In this document: positions 12,001-24,000 of the stretch, one piece after another | How the letters are laid out: each line of letters starts with the position of its first letter | Position numbering within the stretch: the first letter of the stretch is position 1 | Program-made: the position numbers and the translations under genes | Origin: Candidatus Omnitrophota bacterium | GTDB taxonomy: Bacteria > Omnitrophota > Gorgyraeia > Zapsychrales > Fredricksoniimonadaceae | Assembly (NCBI GenBank): GCA_030650275.1 | Contig: JAUSEK010000015.1 | Span: 3,834 to 67,833, forward strand | Direction: 5' to 3' | DNA length: 64,000 bases | The notes under the pieces: model-generated | Told to the model about the DNA's origin: nothing | The model's input: only the letters and a program-made list of their open reading frames with translations | Database searches by the model: none

Positions 12001-15000
12001 CTGCCGGTCAAACCATTGATGGCATTGACCGCCGCCGGAGTGAATATGTCTTTGGCTGCCCGGCTCAAGCGGATGTCACGGCGTTCCACGCCGTTCAAGA
12101 AATCTTTCTTCTCCACGATCTCGTAATTCTTGTTTAAGGTGATGGACTGCGTGACCTCACCGGTGATCGCGTCAAAGTCAAGCGCCACCACGGTCTGGTC
12201 AATATTCCCCATGGCATCGTAATGCACGGTCACGAACCGGCGTTCCTGCACGTCGAATTTCTTCTTGAAATCCCTGAATTCTTTGCCTTCCACGCTGACG
12301 ACCGGGATGCGCTCCATGACCGTCAATGCATTGATCCCGAAACGGGCAAAGGCCCGAACGATCTCGGGGAATTTCATCAAACGCTCATACCCCATCCCGT
12401 CCCTGGCGGCCTCCACATCCACCTCGCCGAGGATCTTGCGGACAGGCATCCACGTCGTATCCCGGCGCTCGGAAACCCGGCGTTCTTGAAGCACATTGTT
12501 TTGGTCATACACACGGTCATCATTTTCAAACCAGTCTATCTGCACCGGGCCTGCCCAGACCTGATCGGCATTGTTCAGCGTCCCGGGCAAACGCATGATC
12601 CCCTTGGTCTCCTGCAGTTTCAAGCCGTCCGGCGTAAAGACCATTCTCACGACTAAGATGAATTCCCCAGGTCTTGCGCCATTAAGCCGAGCATCATCAA
12701 CAATGATCCGGCCGTTGTTTTCACCGATACGGACCACGGAGATCGCGTCCTTGAATTGGACATTACCGACGGTCAGATCCAGTCCTTGGTGGTCTTCATG
12801 CAAATTGTCTAAGTAAATGCGTCTGGGCGTCGTGGCCGCGCGCGCGAAATCACGAACAACCGGCCATTGGGCGGCCGGGACACGAACGCGGATCTCCACG
12901 CCTGGAATATTCAAATAAACGATCGACTGGGTCATGGGTTCGATGCGGCGTATGGGCTTGTCGGCGGTTGCGTCCGGATAAATGTCAATGGTCACCGTGT
13001 CCTGTTGGAAATTCTGGCTGGCAATGACACGATTGCCCTCTGTTACGGTCGGGTCCAAACGCCGCGCCTCCGCCAAGGTCAAGGGCCGATTGTGGCCAAT
13101 GTGAATGGAAAAATCAGCGTAAGGGTATTGACCATCCGCTCTCCTGGTCCCATATAGCGGATAAATGTCCGAGCTTCCGTCGGCATATACCACTTCCCGG
13201 CGGGACGCTTCCTTGTTGGCCGCAAAGTAATAACGCTGCCTGACTTTATAATCCGGGCCAAACACCGTGAAAGTCGTGTACTTGGTGCGCAGGACATCAT
13301 ACGCTGTACTGGCAATCCGGGTGGCCTGCGGCGGGGCAATGACCGGTGCCACGGGAGCGATCGACTGTGCCGTCGTGGGTGCAGAAGATTGTGCCGGCGC
13401 GGTCTGGACTGCCGTAATGCCTAAGTCCCTGATCGCCTGTTGTAAGGCCGCACCTGTAGGTTTGGCCGCACCGCTAAACAACTCACGCAAGGTCCAGAAC
13501 GCCTCCCTGGGCGTGCCGTTGGCATCAATGATCCCCCACCATTCTTCATTGGCAACACCATCGTCCGGTAATCCGGGTAAAGGCAGACCGGTCGTATCCT
13601 GAATATTTAAATTGGCATTCTCATTGGCCTTCCACAATTCATCCCGGCCGCCGCTCATATAGGTGACGCCTAAGAAAATGCTGGGATCAGCCCTGGCCAT
13701 CAGCGTCCGTTGGATGTCGCGCAAGGCACCGGCTTGCATGTTCTGGTCTTCACGCCGGGTCCGTGCGTTATACGAATCCGTCCCAGCTTCAGAGATGTAC
13801 ATCTTCAAATTCTTGTTGATACCCGGAGTATTCAGAATGCCGCGCCACTGATCAATGACGCCGGAATCATCCCTGCCGCGGTACATATTGACGCCCCAGA
13901 CATCCACCGACGGTACCTGACGGACAACGCCAATGGTCGGGATCTCGCCATGGGCCGTGGAAACCCGAATGGCCGGGGCGATCCCCTTGGACTCCCGTGC
14001 CGCCTGCTCCAACATCCTGTACCAGTTGTTGACACTGCCGTTAAACCATTCCGGATGATAGTTGTACTCATTGCCGAATTCAAACATGGCGATCGCCGGA
14101 TGATTCCTGTAGGTGCGGATATAGTCCTTGTAGCGTCCGCCGGAAATATCATATTTATCAGCCGCCGAGATAAAGCGATCATCGAACGACGGGAACCCGA
14201 TGATGGCCTTGATACCGTTCTGGGCCAGGGCATCCAGGAACGCTTTGGAGGTGATCGGATAATAGGTGCGGATGACGGTCATGCCCGCGTACTTCATCCA
14301 TTTGACGTCGTTGATATGACGGTCCCAATTGATGCCGGTCCTGCGGGTTTCCCCTTTGGGGATCGGGCTATAGGTGATACCGCGCAAAGGCATAGCCGCG
14401 TTCACCGTAGGAGCCGGCGGCGTCTGCGCATAAGCAGATAACGGACCAAATATGTCACCAAGAACGCGCCCGATCTGACTTAAAAGATTGAACGGTTGTG
14501 ACTTCGCAGGCGCGGTAATAGGCGCAGGAACAACGACATGCTCTGGATTCCCGACAGAAGCATTCGGGAATGACAAACTGGGCGACATGGCCGGTTGAAC
14601 GGCGGCAGCCGGTCGGGCGGCAGGAGCAGCCGGGGTAGCACCGGAGACCTTGTGCCCGCCCAATAACATGGGATCATATCCAGACACTGCAAAGCTATAA
14701 TAAGTGCCGCTGACTAAGGCCGCATAGGCCCTGGAGGTGATCGTGTCAAATCCGGTACTAACGACGGCAGTATTACCGGCGGCGTCCACCGCATAAGAAG
14801 CTGTCAGTGCACCGCCGTTGGTCTTAAAGAACCCGGCCAGCGACCGTACCAGGCCTTCATACTTGGCCTTATACTCCTGGGATTTGGCTGTGTTGCCGAC
14901 ACTGGAAAATTCCTGAGACACGGCAAGATAACGCAAGGCCAGTTGCGACGACCATTCGATGGAAATGACCTGTTTCCTGTTGCGGTAATCGATGCCAAGC

Positions 15001-18000
15001 AGGGTCGTGCCATTATAAACACCGGCGCGCTGTTCCACCACTTGCAGCATTTGCTCGATCTCAGTCAAACGCTGGGCACGGGTAGCGCCGAAGCGGGCGT
15101 CGTTAAGCATTCTCTCCAGCGGTGACCAGCTGCTGGTATCGCTGGCCCACAGTGATTCCGCGTCTTTCACCCAAGCGCTACCATTCCACACCGCACCTCT
15201 GGAGAAGGTGTGTGTCGCCGGATTATACATGCCCATCACCCAGCCATAGGCCCTATTGCCCGCCTGCAAATATTGATTGTCCCTGGTCGCCTGATACAAC
15301 ATATCGAAGAAGGCCACGGCGCTTTCATTGTTCTCGGTGGACTTGATGTTCCAGTAGAAGTTCCGGTCGCTATTGGGACTGAACTGTCCCCTGGGTCCCA
15401 TGCGGATACCGCCGTCGGTGTCCTGCATGCTGATCAGGAACGCCGCCCGTTCTCTGGCAAAACGCAGGGCCGCCGCGCTGCGTGTACTGTTATAGTTCTG
15501 CACACCGCCCATCCCGATCCACGCATTGGGGCCGGCATGCGCCGAGAAGTCCCAATTTGTATACCACTGACCAACAAAATTGCCGGTACGGATATTATTT
15601 AACACCGCCCCGTTGGGCTGATAATCTCCCGGACGCGGCATGGTCTGCGGATTGCTGGCCCCGTTGGCCGCTGTCAGGTTGCGGGCATAGGCATTGAGTA
15701 TCCTGTTTTGTCCGGCGATCAACAGCAAAGAGGCATCATAGGTATAAATGTTGTTGCTGGTATAAAGGGCCGGATCACCGTAGAAACTGTTGGGCATGCC
15801 TGTTGCCGCGTTGACCCTGCTGGTAAAGAACTGAAGGAATTGACGGCCTGACGCCGCATCAGGTAATGCCGCTGGCAGTTGTGCGGCGGCGACAGGGGTG
15901 GCTTGTCCGCCCGCAGGTGTCGGTGTGGTCACAACCGCAGCAGCAGCCGGTATGGCTGGAACGGCCATGGCACCTGGTATCGGCATGGGGGTCCGCCGCA
16001 CAGGAGCCACGGTACGTGGAGCCGTGGGAAGCATCGGGATCGGACCGACACCGCCAAGATCACGGAAATTAAAGAACTCGAAAGCTCCGGTAACATTGTT
16101 ATAGGCCATGGGATGTGTCTGCCAATACTGGTCCATTCTGTCCCAGATCGCCGGGCTGGATAATTCCTCCGCATCGATCATGGATGCATTCAGCGGACCG
16201 TCCACCAAAAGGACATTAGCTAACACCGGCTTGTATCCCCTGGCTGCCCAAGCCGCATTGTTACGGACCTCGGCGTATTCGATCTCTTCGCTAGGATCGG
16301 GCTGGCCGTTCCCATTGGCATCCCTGTAATACGGATAGCCCTTTGATCTTTCCCGCAAATGGACCTGGGCGAACGGACCGCGCTTGGCCGCCTCCGATAG
16401 ACGCAAGGCGCGCTCGAATTGGCCTTTGATGACAAAGCCGATCACCACTTTATCAGGATCATTCTGTTCACCGGGGTTGGCCATCAATGTGAACATGATC
16501 GGTGTATCATCAGAAGCGGCCCTATATGCGGCCGCGCTGAGATTGTTGACACGAAAATATGTCTCAATGAACGCGTTGAGATCGTTGAGGCCTTCGATCA
16601 GCCCCTGACGGGTCGAGTCAATAATAACGGGATATGGACTGGCCAGGGCAGGCCCGAACAGGGCCGGCGTGTCTTTGGACAAGGTGAGCATTGTATTATT
16701 GTCGCCCAGATCGATCTCCTGTGTCCCTTTAAGGAACTTATGGCGGCCGTCGGCGCCGACGTAAATGGCCGGGGTAGCGGTCTTCAGGTCCGCGGGTTCA
16801 ATGCGGCGGGTCTGGTTAATGATCGCCCCGGCTCCAACCGCAGCTTTCCGGAAAGTTTCTGTGCTGATGCCCGCCGGGACTTTCCCATCGAAGAAAATAC
16901 CCGCGGCCCGGAAATTGTTCTGCAGATACCGATATTTCTCAAATTCTACCACGTGTTTGGCGTATTCGCCGATGGCCCCTGACGGCGTCATCTCAATGAT
17001 GATAGGATAGTCGCTCTTGTAGGCCGGGGCCAATTTTTCCGTGTCTTCGCCCACCACGATCATGATCTTGCCCTCGCCCAACGGAATGCGCACCGAGCCG
17101 TCCGGAGGGTTGAACCAGAATCGGGTGCCGTCGAAGGTGATGTGGTTCCTTTGTACCTTCTGCGGGTCTTTTTTGTAGAGCGCTTCCAGCACCCAGATCA
17201 ACTGGTCGTCTTTGCGGACGCCGCGGCTAAAGACCACCTCATCAAGCCCCGCCGGCTCCCGTCCATCCGTATGTCTGCCCAAAGCATAGGAACGTTCTGT
17301 GAGGGCCAACATGTCGCGGATAAACTCGAAGGAGTAGATGACGATCTCGCCATCCAGGGTCACGTCCGCCAGCGGCCGCAACAGTGGGCCTTTGACGAAG
17401 ATGTGTATTGTGCCGTTGCCTTTGAGGATACTGTCAAAAGGCACGTTGGTGGATAAGAGAAAAGGCAGTAGACGGGCCACGCCCTGGCGCTGGAGAACAC
17501 TCTTGTTCGTGTCAGGGCCCTTGCCCAGCAGACGCATAATGTCCAGATCAACCGAAGCGCGCGGCTGGCCGCTGGTGCTGCTGCCGGCGGAGACGGTCAC
17601 ATCCTTAAATTGGGTGTTCACGTTCACGGTGGCGGCCAGCGGCCCCTGTCTGCCGCGGTCAAGGCCGATGGAAAGGCTCATCCAGTTACGGTCAATGATC
17701 TTGGTGCTGACGCTGTAAGCATAAAATCCTTCATCATATTCCCCGTGGAGATTCACGCGGTACACGGTGGCGTTCAATTCGGTCTTGTTCTTGTTCAGGG
17801 CCTTGTCAAAATTGAATGTCACCAGCCCGCCCTTGGCTTTAATTCCGGCACCGACGGAAGGATATATTTCGGAACGCTTGCCGAAGATCGTGTCATTCTC
17901 TGCCCGGCGGGTCACGCCGGCACGAACCATCAAATTCTTATTGATGTCATGCACAAAGCCCATGTTCTGGAAATTGTATCTGTCATTCACATCCAGAGTG

Positions 18001-21000
18001 ATCTTTTCGGCGGCCACCGGCTGCTGGGACAGGGTGTCGTAGAAGGTCAGCGTATCGTCCTTGCGGTCGCTGCCCTGGGCCATGCCGAGTTCCACAATGA
18101 ACCTGTTGCTACCCGACAGCTGATGTTCATAAATGCCGCTCAAGCCGTAGATCTGACCGTTGTTGCCGCTGTTGAACTTCATGACGCCGGCGACGGTCAA
18201 CTCCACCTTCTGTCCCTGGTAGCCCAGCACGTTCATGATCAGGCCGTATTTCTGGGTCACGGCCTGGACGCTTCCGTCGGGCTGAAGAAGATATTGATTG
18301 GCGTTCACGCCGCCGCCGATAAAGGTATTCAGCACCCGTTCGCCGATGGCGCTGTTGACCCCGCCCAGCCAATACTGGCTTTGCCATTCCTTGTTGACCG
18401 TGGTCAATTTGCCGAAATGGGCGCTCAAGGCATTGTTGACATCGCCGATGGAGAAAGCCGCGTTGCTGAAGTCCTTGCTGATCTCCAGAGTGGATGCCTC
18501 CAGGGCCGGCAGGGTTGTCTTGTGGCCATCCGTCGGTAACGAAGCGCCGGAAGGCAGGTAAACGGCGTCACCCATGACCATGACCCCGGCGCCCGGCGCG
18601 GGATGGTTGAGGAAAAATTCATCCATGGCCTGTCCGACGGCCCCGCGGTCCTGGGCGCTGATCCTGCCCTGGTCCGCCAACGCCGTGATCTTGGCTTTAA
18701 CAGCCCCGGCCTTCGCGGTAAATTCACCGGCCTTGCCCTGTAAGGTCTTGACCGTTTCCTGCGCCTGCGCCAGCAAACTGTTGTATGCCTTGCGCGCGTC
18801 GTTGAGCGCAATATTGTCCCTGATCCTGCTTTGCTGGGCGCGGCCCATGCGCAATGAGTTGTCTATCAAGCCCTGCAGCGGATCGCCCGCGCCCCTGCGG
18901 CGCAGGACATTGTCCAGGGCCTGGGTATAATTTTCTTTCTCAAATTGGGTGACTTGCGCCAAATTGGCCGTGACCTCCGCGGTGTATAATTCTCCCCTGG
19001 CCTTGAGATCGTTGATGCGATTGAGGATATTCAGGCGTTCGGTATAAATAGCCAGTTCCGTATTGATATTGCTCGTCATCAAAGCGGTGATCTCTTCAAA
19101 CGCCGCCCGCGGGGTTTTCTTGCCGAAACGAATGTCCACGCCCAGCGTGCCTTGCAGGTCTATCTCTCTGCGCCAGGGTCCGTTCAAATAATCACGATCG
19201 GTCATCAAGTTAGCGATCAAGCTGGTAACATCGCTTTGACCCTGCGCACTTAAAATACTGGAAGACAGCGCACGGTTAAGGGAATCAATGTCTGTTTTGA
19301 TCTGTTCCAGCCGTTGCGTCACATACCGGTCCGCTTCCTGCAGATTGTGCTCCTGCTCGGGGTTGGTTGAGAAAAATGGCAGTTTGTCGAAATTAGGATT
19401 GTCCAGTGAAGGGATGGACTGCTGCAAAATGGTCCAGATCGCATCGGCATCACCCTTTGCGCCTTTTGCACCATTTACAATTTCTTCTATTTCTGTTCTA
19501 TTTAAATCTCTACTTGGGTTTAAGCGAACCTCTGTTGAAGAAACTTCAATTAAAATACCTCTTTGTATTAATTCGTTTAAGATCTTGGCTCCATTTAAGC
19601 CAACCCCAGAAATCGTTAATTTTTTAATATTCATAGGCAGGGTTATGGCGTCGGCAATGGCTTCTTTAAGTTTCTGCTGGTTGGCTCGCGTCTGGGCGAC
19701 TGTTTTGGCCAGGGCGTCCACGTCCGTTTGCTGGAACAGCGCGCTGTTGGCCCCAAAATACCGGTTGATGTCATCCAAAAGAATATTGGGGTTCTGGGCC
19801 AGCCGGGCTTTGTACTGTTCAATGAGGGCAGGATACTCTTCCGGTTTGGTGCCCGGTTTGGCCTGGGCGCGCACGACATAATTGATCGCCTTCAGGGTCG
19901 GGAAGAAACCGTCTTCGATATTGAGGATCTCGTCCTGGACGGACTTCAAAATGCCGAGCAAGGCGGTATTGAGCTCGGCAAAGCCCTTGCGGCCGCTGGC
20001 TGCTTCGGCGCGGGCCAGGGCGTCGGCGGCTTTGCCAAGGTTCACCCGCACCGCGATCAATCTGTTCCTCACATCCTTGCCGGCGCTTTCCACATCTTTA
20101 AGTTCACCAAGGGCCTTTAAAACATCATTCTTAACTTCCTGCGGGGCCCTAACAAATACAGGGCCGTTGATGAAATCAATGAGGTCCTGCATGGTGGCGG
20201 CATGGACTATGGCCTCGATGGCCTGGGACACCGCCGGCGAAAGCGGAACGTCCACCTCCTGCTTGACCGTCACAGGGATCTTGTTGGTGTAGCTGGTGAT
20301 GCCGTCCCGGCCCAAAATGGCCACGCGCGCGTTGTTTCTCGTCAACTCATCTTCAATGCTCCCCAGGGCCGCGCCGTACTCAACAATGCCATTGGCGCCG
20401 TTTTGATATGTCACCACACTCACCAGACCGGGCTCCACTGCGACCTTGTGCGTGATCGTCTGCCGGTCGCCCGTCGTATAATCAAAGGTGATGTTCAGGT
20501 CTTTTTGGGCATCGCGGGTATATACGGAACGGGCGTTCACTTCGGCAAGTGCCTTGTCATAGATCATGCGCACGATGCCGCCTTCGGTGATGGTCCTCAT
20601 ATAAGGAATGCTGTCGCTCGCCGGGGCCGGGATGAAACGGCCGATCTGGTCTTTGCTGATGCGCACCACGGGGAATCCGGTGGACAGAACGCTGTCATTG
20701 TATTCCTTTTGGGTCAAACGGAATTTCTCGCTCACCGGCATGCGCAGGACGATGTTTTCATCGGCCTTGACCGGTGTTGTTGCCGGTTGTGTGGTGAAAT
20801 CAGCCGTATAACCGCTGAATTCATAAACCTGCTCTCCTGTTGTGTCATCTTTCTTCAAGGTATAAACCGCCATGGTGCCCAGGTCATTGCGCGGATGGTT
20901 CCTGAATTTCAACCAAAAATCCTGTTGGGCCGCGCGCGGAGTATAACTGACAACGCCCAGGGCGATCTGTTTGTCCCCGTCGCTGAAACGCAAAACATGT

Positions 21001-24000
21001 CCCGGATTGTTCGGGTCTTCCAGGGCATATTGGGCGTCGGTCGGCACGGGCTTGAGGGCGCCCAAGACCGGTTCCCAAACCGTATACGGAAACTTGTCGT
21101 CCTTGTAGACATGTAGGATGCGCCCGGTCAGAACATCCTTGGTAATGGCATTCACGCGCGGATCCAGCCAGTAGGCCACTTCCTGGTCCATATTTTCCAG
21201 CATGGCCTTGGTCACACGGCGGTTGAGCGTGCCGGGTTCGGTCCATAATTTCTGTTCGCGCAGGAATTTTTCGTAAGCACCCTGCATTTTATATGTGCCG
21301 TCCGCCTGCTTCTGTTCATAAAAGAGCTGGGAAGCGAACATCTGATACGTGCCCTTGTCACCGTGGCTGGCCAGGACTTCCCTCCAATTGATGCGATAGC
21401 CGAACATGAATTGCTGGGCAGGGATGGCCCCGGGATCATTGGCAGGGACGAATTCACTGCGGTTATTGACGAAATCCCCCACCCTGCCGCGCAGGATGAT
21501 ATACCAAACATACGGATCGGACTCGGCCATGGCCCTGGCATTAAAATTGCGTTCAATGTCACCAAAATTATAACCGGCCCTGCCATCCCAAACATTGACA
21601 CGGTTCTTGTCACCCAAATATTGGCCGATGCCCGGGATCTTTGAACCAAGGTTCAACCCGTCAACGATTGCTTTGACCCAGATGGAGTGGAATGATTTGG
21701 CGTTTCTGGCCGGGTCAAAACCGCTGTCATCATCTTTCGGAATAGGGTTGCCCCCATGATTAACGCGGCCTATGCCGAGCAGGGAATACCACCGGAAGGA
21801 CCTGTCATAACGGGCCCCGCCGATATCGGCCTTGATATAATGATCCACGATGGACGCATACGTCTCGTTGATGGCATTGATCAGACCGATGTAGCCAAAG
21901 GTCTTGCCGACCGTGCTCAACGGCTTGCCCGCCGCGTTCACGCCATTTAAGAGATTGCGCAAGCCGGCCGTCTGCTGGGCTATTTCAAAAGGCAAACTGG
22001 CGCTGTTGGGCACTTGCAGATACACGGACGTGATACCCCACTCCTTGGTATTGTAAATAGCATTCACCGGTTGCCAGTTAAAACCAACGCCCAATAGGAG
22101 CCCGACCTGTTTCTTCCGGGAGAATTTGGCCTCGTCCATGGCCTTGACCAGGGCCTTTAAGAGATTTTCGGGCGTACTGCCGTAGGCCGCCAGATCGCTT
22201 TGCAAAACGCCGTAGTTCGCATCGCGGACCAGCCCTTCGATCACCGGGGCCTTGACCGCATCTTCCCGGGCCTTTGCATCCGCGAAGCGCTTATCAATAT
22301 CAAATTGTTTCGCCACATTATCCGCGTCTATTTTTTCTATTTCCTGGGCCTTGAGGGCGACCGCTTCTTCCGCATTCTTGACATCCAAGGCCATCCTCAC
22401 AACATTTTCCTGTTGCTGCACGTCCTTGGGGTCCTGGTTCTGCGCGAATTGGGCCAACGCAGCGCGTCTGGCGTCCAGATCGTCCTGCATGGTCTTTAAT
22501 TCCTGCCGCTTCTGTTCCAGGTCTGCGTCGGCCTTGACGGCAACACCTCCTGCTCCCTGAACGGCTGTCGTTGCCGCGGCCTTCAAGGCCTGCGTCACAT
22601 GGGCTTGGACGTTATACCCACCGTTGGGCCGGACGAATTGCTGGGGATCTTCGGAAGCGACGGTGATGATGGCATTCTTGAACGGAACATTGCCGCCATA
22701 CACGGCCTTGCGCACATTGTTCATCATGCGCTCATGCAGGGCCTCGTAGTCGGCGCGCATGACATAGGTCTTGTCCACGAACAACACCGTCGGGTTGGGT
22801 ACGGCCAGTTCCAGGTTCTTTAAGTCATCGGCTTTGATGCCCTTGGGCAGGTCCTGGAGGCCTAACCCGGTCTTGAAGCCCTCGGGCGCGGCCACGAAAT
22901 ATTTATCTCCAGCGCGGCCAATGACCATCAAACGGCCTTCCTCATTATTGGCGCCTAAAGTAAAGTCGGGTGTTTCAAGAGGAACAATGGCTGTGACGCT
23001 GATGGCAGGCACGCCCGAGTACGGTAACAGGGAATCATTGATGCGCTGTTCAACTGTCTTCGCTTGGGCAACGGGTTGCTGGACGGTCTGGTCTTTGGGT
23101 TGGACCGAAGGTTCGATCTTGGGTGTCGGGGCCTGGACCGCAGGTTTGGTTTGCGTCGGAGCGGCGGGCTCGTCTTGTTTAGGTCCGATCCTTGGCTGGA
23201 TCTGGGCTTGGGCCGGGGGTTGAACAAAAGACGCTTCCCGCGCGCGCGTGAACGCATCAATAACATCCCCGCGCAACTCCTGCGGGATCAAATGCGGCGC
23301 TGTAAATAACAGCAAGGTTGCCTGATTAATATCGTTGGGGCTTAAAGCCGCGATGGCCTTGCGTTCATCCTGCAATGCCTGGGCATGCCAGACATCGTAG
23401 CTGACCCAGTTGGGGACTCTGGACGGATTGGCATGGGCCGGCGTCGCGGAAACAATGCCGGTCAGCAAAACAATGGCGGCCACAGCCCCGATACCGATGC
23501 GATGGGCTAATGGACTGCTCTTTCTGAAGCCGCTGTTGATCTTATGGAGGATATATGCCGCGGCGGCAACGGCCAAGAAAAGCCCCGCCATCCACACTAT
23601 CGCTTCCGGTGAGACATGGAAGACAGGACGCACGAATGGCGTCTCGGTTTTGGCCCTGTTTGTGGGATCTTCGGGGCCGACTGCCGGACGCTCGATATTT
23701 GCGGTACTATTTGAACTACTTTCACCTGCGGCATCCCGCTTCAGCGGGACCCTGTCAGAACTGGTGCTGCTGCTACCTTCTTTTTCGCTGGGCAGAGCTT
23801 GCGCTAAGCCAGATACTGGATTTTCACCAGAACTTCTAACGTTTACTGCAACTTCTCTAGTACCAACAACTTCGCTTACTTTGTCCTCATTTATCGCATT
23901 TTCATCTGTCCGAACCCCCGAGGAGGGGTCGACAGAGAACGTACGACCGCCGTCGCCGAATTTTGATTGAAGTTCTTCTATAGAAGGCCCTGTTAACCGG

